NCBI GenBank assembly: GCA_963803435.1
Contig: CAWDML010000001.1
Coordinates: 3,219,111 to 3,283,110, forward strand
DNA length: 64,000 nucleotides
Source of the DNA: an uncultured delta proteobacterium
GTDB lineage: Bacteria; Myxococcota; Kuafuiibacteriia; Kuafuiibacteriales; Kuafuiibacteriaceae
Reading direction: 5' to 3'
The notes under the pieces were generated by a model. That model made no database searches, had not been told where the DNA came from, and worked only from the letters and a program-made list of their open reading frames with translations. A program made the position numbers and the translations under genes. This document shows, piece by piece, positions 60,772-64,000 of the stretch. The stretch's first letter is position 1. Each line of letters opens with the position of its first letter.

Positions 60772-62278
60772 ATGCTGCTCGGGAGATATCAGGTCCAGCG
60801 ACTTCTCCAGCGCGGAGGGGATCGCCGAGGTGTTCGAGGCGATAGCCGTCGGAGACAACGGATTCTCGCGCGAGGTGGCGATCAAGCGGCTCCTCCAGCC
60901 GCTCACACGAGACGGGCCGCTCCGGCGCTCTTTTCTGGACGAGGCGCGCATCTCGAGCCGACTGAGCCACCCGAACATCGTCTCCATCCTCGACTTCGGT
61001 GTGGCCGACGGCGTGCCCTTTCAGGTGCTCGAGCGGGTCAGGGGCACCGATCTTGGGTCGCTCCTCGCGCGAGGGCCCCTCCCGCTGCCCGTCGCGATCC
61101 ACATCGTCATCGAGATCGCTCGTGCGCTCGAATATGCGCACTCCGCGCTCGACGAGAGCGGCGAGCCGCTGGGCATCGTCCACCGCGACGTTACGCCTGG
61201 AAACATCCTGGTGTCCTCGACGGGCGACGTGAAGCTGAGCGACTTCGGAATCGCACGCGCGCACGACCGACTCGAGACGACTGCGCTCGGCGTGGTGAAG
61301 GGGACGCTGGCCTACATGGCGCCGGAGCAGGCCCGAGGTGCGGCGCTCGACGGCCGCACCGATCTCTTCTCACTCGGTTGCGTGCTTCATCGGTTGGTCG
61401 CCGGCCGGAGCCCGCTGGAGGACGAGGCGGCGCGCAAGCGGGTGATCGCGGGCGGCTCGGTGGTCATCGATCCTGGAGTGCCCGAGGCGATCGCTCAGCT
61501 GATCGAGCGGGCGACCCGGTCGCGGAAGGAGGACCGCTACCCGAACGCGGGCGCGATGGTGGAGGCATGCTGGCGCACCCTCACGAAGGAGTCGGAGCGG
61601 GAAGGGCACAGGATGCTGCGCGACTGGCTGGCCGACCTGGAGCCGGAGCCGGACGTCTCGGATACGGCGAACCTCTTTACCCTCGAGGTCAGCGGTGAGG
61701 ACGATCTCGGCTTCCGGCAGTTCACGACCGTCTCGCTCGAGCCCCCGCCGACCCGCACCAATGATCCGCCCGAATGGCCTATCAGCGGGTGGACGATGCT
61801 GTCGCTCGGGCTCGCGATCACCGTGATGTCCGCCGTGGCGACCCTCGTCGTGGTGAGCTCCTCCGATCCAATCGATCCGGGGGACCCGCTCACGGTGTCG
61901 CGGCGTGCGCCCGCGCCTCCCGCTGTCGTCCCTTCGGTGATCCCGCGGGCACCTCCGCCTCCAGCCAGGGCCTTCTCCCCAAACGAGCGCCAGGCCGGTC
62001 CCCGTCGGGCCGTTGGACGGCCCCGTCGGCGGCTCCCCAGCCCGGAGGCGCGCGAGCCGCCGCGCCCGCCCGAGGACCCGCCGGCCCGCCTGCGGGCGAT
62101 CCTCGATCGGCTCAAGCGCTCCGGACCCGCGATCCCGCTCGACGAGCTGGCGTCGCTCGAGGCGCGCTACTTCGATCTTCGTGAGCGCTTGGGGGCCGTG
62201 GACACGCCGGAGGCTCGACGTCTCCTGCTCCGCGACCTCGACGCGCTCGAGCGCGATGTCTCCACGGCAGACCGCTGA
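60772..62278 (+). CDS. Mirror Ser/Thr kinase (extra G near 60818)
   Basis: HRDVTPGN, DFG, APE. Confidence 0.85.
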
Positions 62279-62350
62279 GAGTGTCGACAGGACGGGTCAC
62301 GTTCGTCCCGAATGGTCGACACCGCGACCGGCAGGCGGCGGGGTTCGCGC

Positions 62351-62366
62351 TGGCACCGCTCTTGAA
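62351..62366 (+). promoter_or_regulatory. Mirror putative sigma-54 promoter
   Basis: TGGCACCGCTCTTGAA. Confidence 0.5.
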
Positions 62367-62390
62367 TCAGGTCATCCCGGAGGTCAAGGA

Positions 62391-62777
62391 ATGACATCAG
62401 TCAACGGCATCACCCCGAGCTCTCAGCTGGCGTTCAACGCGTATCAGTCGGGCGCCTTCTCGCTGAACGACTATCTCACGTACATGATCGGCTCTCCACG
62501 GCCGCCCGAAGGTGGCGGTAAGAAGCGGGCCAAGCGGCGCGCGGCATGGGACAAGAAGGCCAACGAGCAGCTGACGGATCTCGCCAACCGGCAGCAGATG
62601 CAGATCCAGCAGATACAGGCGCAGATCGCGGGGATGCAGAGCGGCGCGCAGGCGTTCTTTGGCTCGCTGATGACGGGGCTCTGCTCGCAGCCGTTCGCCG
62701 ACTGTCGCTCCTTCCTCGCGGCCCAGTCGATGTACGGTCCGGCAGGCGGAGCGTTGGTTCAGGCGCTCTTCTCGTGA
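62391..62777 (+). CDS. Mirror 128-aa hypothetical protein
   Basis: Same translation as 29350-29736. Confidence 0.7.
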   Translation: MTSVNGITPSSQLAFNAYQSGAFSLNDYLTYMIGSPRPPEGGGKKRAKRRAAWDKKANEQLTDLANRQQMQIQQIQAQIAGMQSGAQAFFGSLMTGLCSQPFADCRSFLAAQSMYGPAGGALVQALFS

Positions 62778-62788
62778 GGGGAGCGGAG

Positions 62789-63208
62789 ATGGTCGATGCC
62801 GAACCCATCGAGTTCCACGCGATCGCGGTCGAGGCCGCGCTGCTCCTGTCGATGGCGAACGACCAGACGCAGTACTCATCTCCAGATCTCGATCACCTTC
62901 GGGCATCTCTGGAGGCGCTGCTCGAGACCGATGAGCTGCGGATCGCGGTCGAGTCGCTGGTCCGCCTGGCGGCGCATCTTCACACTCGGGGCGCGGGGGA
63001 GGCGGCCGGTGCGCTGCTCGAGGTTGCTGCGATGGCGGCGCCCGCGCTGGCGCGTGAGCACGAGGCCCGCGCCGACGCCGATCGCCACCACCAGGAACGA
63101 TTCCGAAGCTTCAATGGAGACAGGAGGGGTCGGGCGTCTCTGCCCTCGCTGAGACCGACCGGTGGGATTGCCCTTCGTGATCTCGTGCCTCGCAAGACGA
63201 TCCGTTGA
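62789..63208 (+). CDS. Mirror 139-aa hypothetical protein
   Basis: Match to 28919-29338. Confidence 0.65.
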   Translation: MVDAEPIEFHAIAVEAALLLSMANDQTQYSSPDLDHLRASLEALLETDELRIAVESLVRLAAHLHTRGAGEAAGALLEVAAMAAPALAREHEARADADRHHQERFRSFNGDRRGRASLPSLRPTGGIALRDLVPRKTIR

Positions 63209-63241
63209 GCGGTAAGATCGCCCGCGCCGAGGCCCCACCGC

Positions 63242-63924
63242 GTGATCGTGAACCTGTTGGCCCTGATGGCGGTCGGCGCGCCCTGCGGGATTCGAATCAT
63301 CGACACCGATGACCCTGTCATCGCCGGTCGAGCCGCCGAAGCCGTGATGCGCGCGGTCGAGACGCACGCACACGCGGTGCGCTTGCCCGGCGAGGCGCGC
63401 TGCCCGCAGCACGAGGAGGCCTGCGCCGCCGACACCCGCCGCGAGCTCGGCGTCCAGGACGTGATCCTGTTCGCGTGTTCGTGGGCGTGACCCGGCACCT
63501 GGTCGTGTTGGAGTACTTCTCGGGCGACCTCTCCAAGCCGAGGAGATCCACGTTTCGCTCCCTGCCGACGGCCGCGGCTGGGACGCCGTTCTCACGCCGG
63601 TGATCGATCGGCTTCTTCCTCCGCCGATCTCGGAGGGATCAGAGCGCATCTCCGGAGCACCGCCGCCCGAGGCGAGGCTGGAGCTCGAATCCTCCGGGGT
63701 CCGGCGCTCATCGTGGCCGGGGCGCGCTGGTCATCGGCGGCGCCTCGATCCTGGCCGAGCGGAGCGCACATGCCCGAGGCGAGCTGCTCGCCGGCGCCCC
63801 GACTCGAGCTCGCTACGACGCGCTCCGCTCGTCCCGGCGCGCCCTCACTATTGCGTCGGTCAGCCTGTTCGCGGTGGGAGGGCTCCTCACGGGTGGCGGC
63901 GTCTTCTGCTCCTTCGAGTGGTGA
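63242..63924 (+). CDS. Mirror membrane protein (several indels)
   Basis: Match to 28202-28885. Confidence 0.6.
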
Positions 63925-64000
63925 TTCCGGCTGTTCACTCCACAGGTCGTCCGATTCACCCGGGGCCGGAGACGTCGGATGGTCGCACGGTGCGGTTCGG

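Larger units (their letters stand above)
46051..64000. repeat. Right arm of the inverted repeat (reverse complement of 28128-46025), probable fold-back artifact
   Basis: Arms join through a 25-nt spacer (46026-46050). Near-identical apart from scattered indels and the divergent 51915-54466 segment. Confidence 0.97.

Noticed and set aside
41897-64000. Frameshifts as programmed frameshifting, phase variation or true pseudogenes
   Set aside because: Each indel is corrected in the opposite arm and many are in homopolymers, consistent with long-read error.
1-64000. tRNA, rRNA, riboswitches, intrinsic terminators, prophage or defence genes
   Set aside because: None recognised by eye and intergenic spaces are short. 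An Infernal/tRNAscan run would be needed to exclude small RNAs.

Overview
High-GC bacterial DNA that looks like Myxococcota (MYXO-CTERM sorting signal, TIGR02996-type domain, FHA/sigma-54 activator next to a Ser/Thr kinase, many lipoproteins). Bases 1-46025 are a gene-dense chromosomal segment: dnaK, a degenerate ComEC, GT2, CstA, an FG-GAP/UnbV protein, an MBOAT+SGNH pair, a beta-helix lipoprotein, a eukaryotic-type hexokinase, an Omp85 barrel with a kinase-like lipoprotein, a GlxA regulator, an M15 peptidase, a kinase/EBP module, an MbnH-like di-heme enzyme, DUF2064 + porin + ABC importer, a hybrid histidine kinase and an FAD oxidase. Bases 46051-64000 are an inverted copy of 28128-46025 that folds back mid-gene and carries scattered indels, so it is most likely a long-read/MDA fold-back artifact. 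One exception: a 2.5-kb ABC transporter segment differs between the arms as a true divergent homolog. The most distinctive element is a family of defective IS1182-type elements (3 independent insertions plus 1 mirror). They have 16-bp TIRs and CTAG target duplications that coincide with host stop codons in all three cases. They also carry inverted subterminal (GGGACC)n arrays and a divergent four-helix-bundle (23S-IVP/Avd-like) passenger gene that is broken at the same ~35-bp spot in every copy. Other candidates for undescribed systems are the Omp85 + secreted atypical kinase pair and a DUF2064 protein ending in an RPPP arrest-like motif ahead of an import operon. All calls are from motif reading by eye; no database searches were run.
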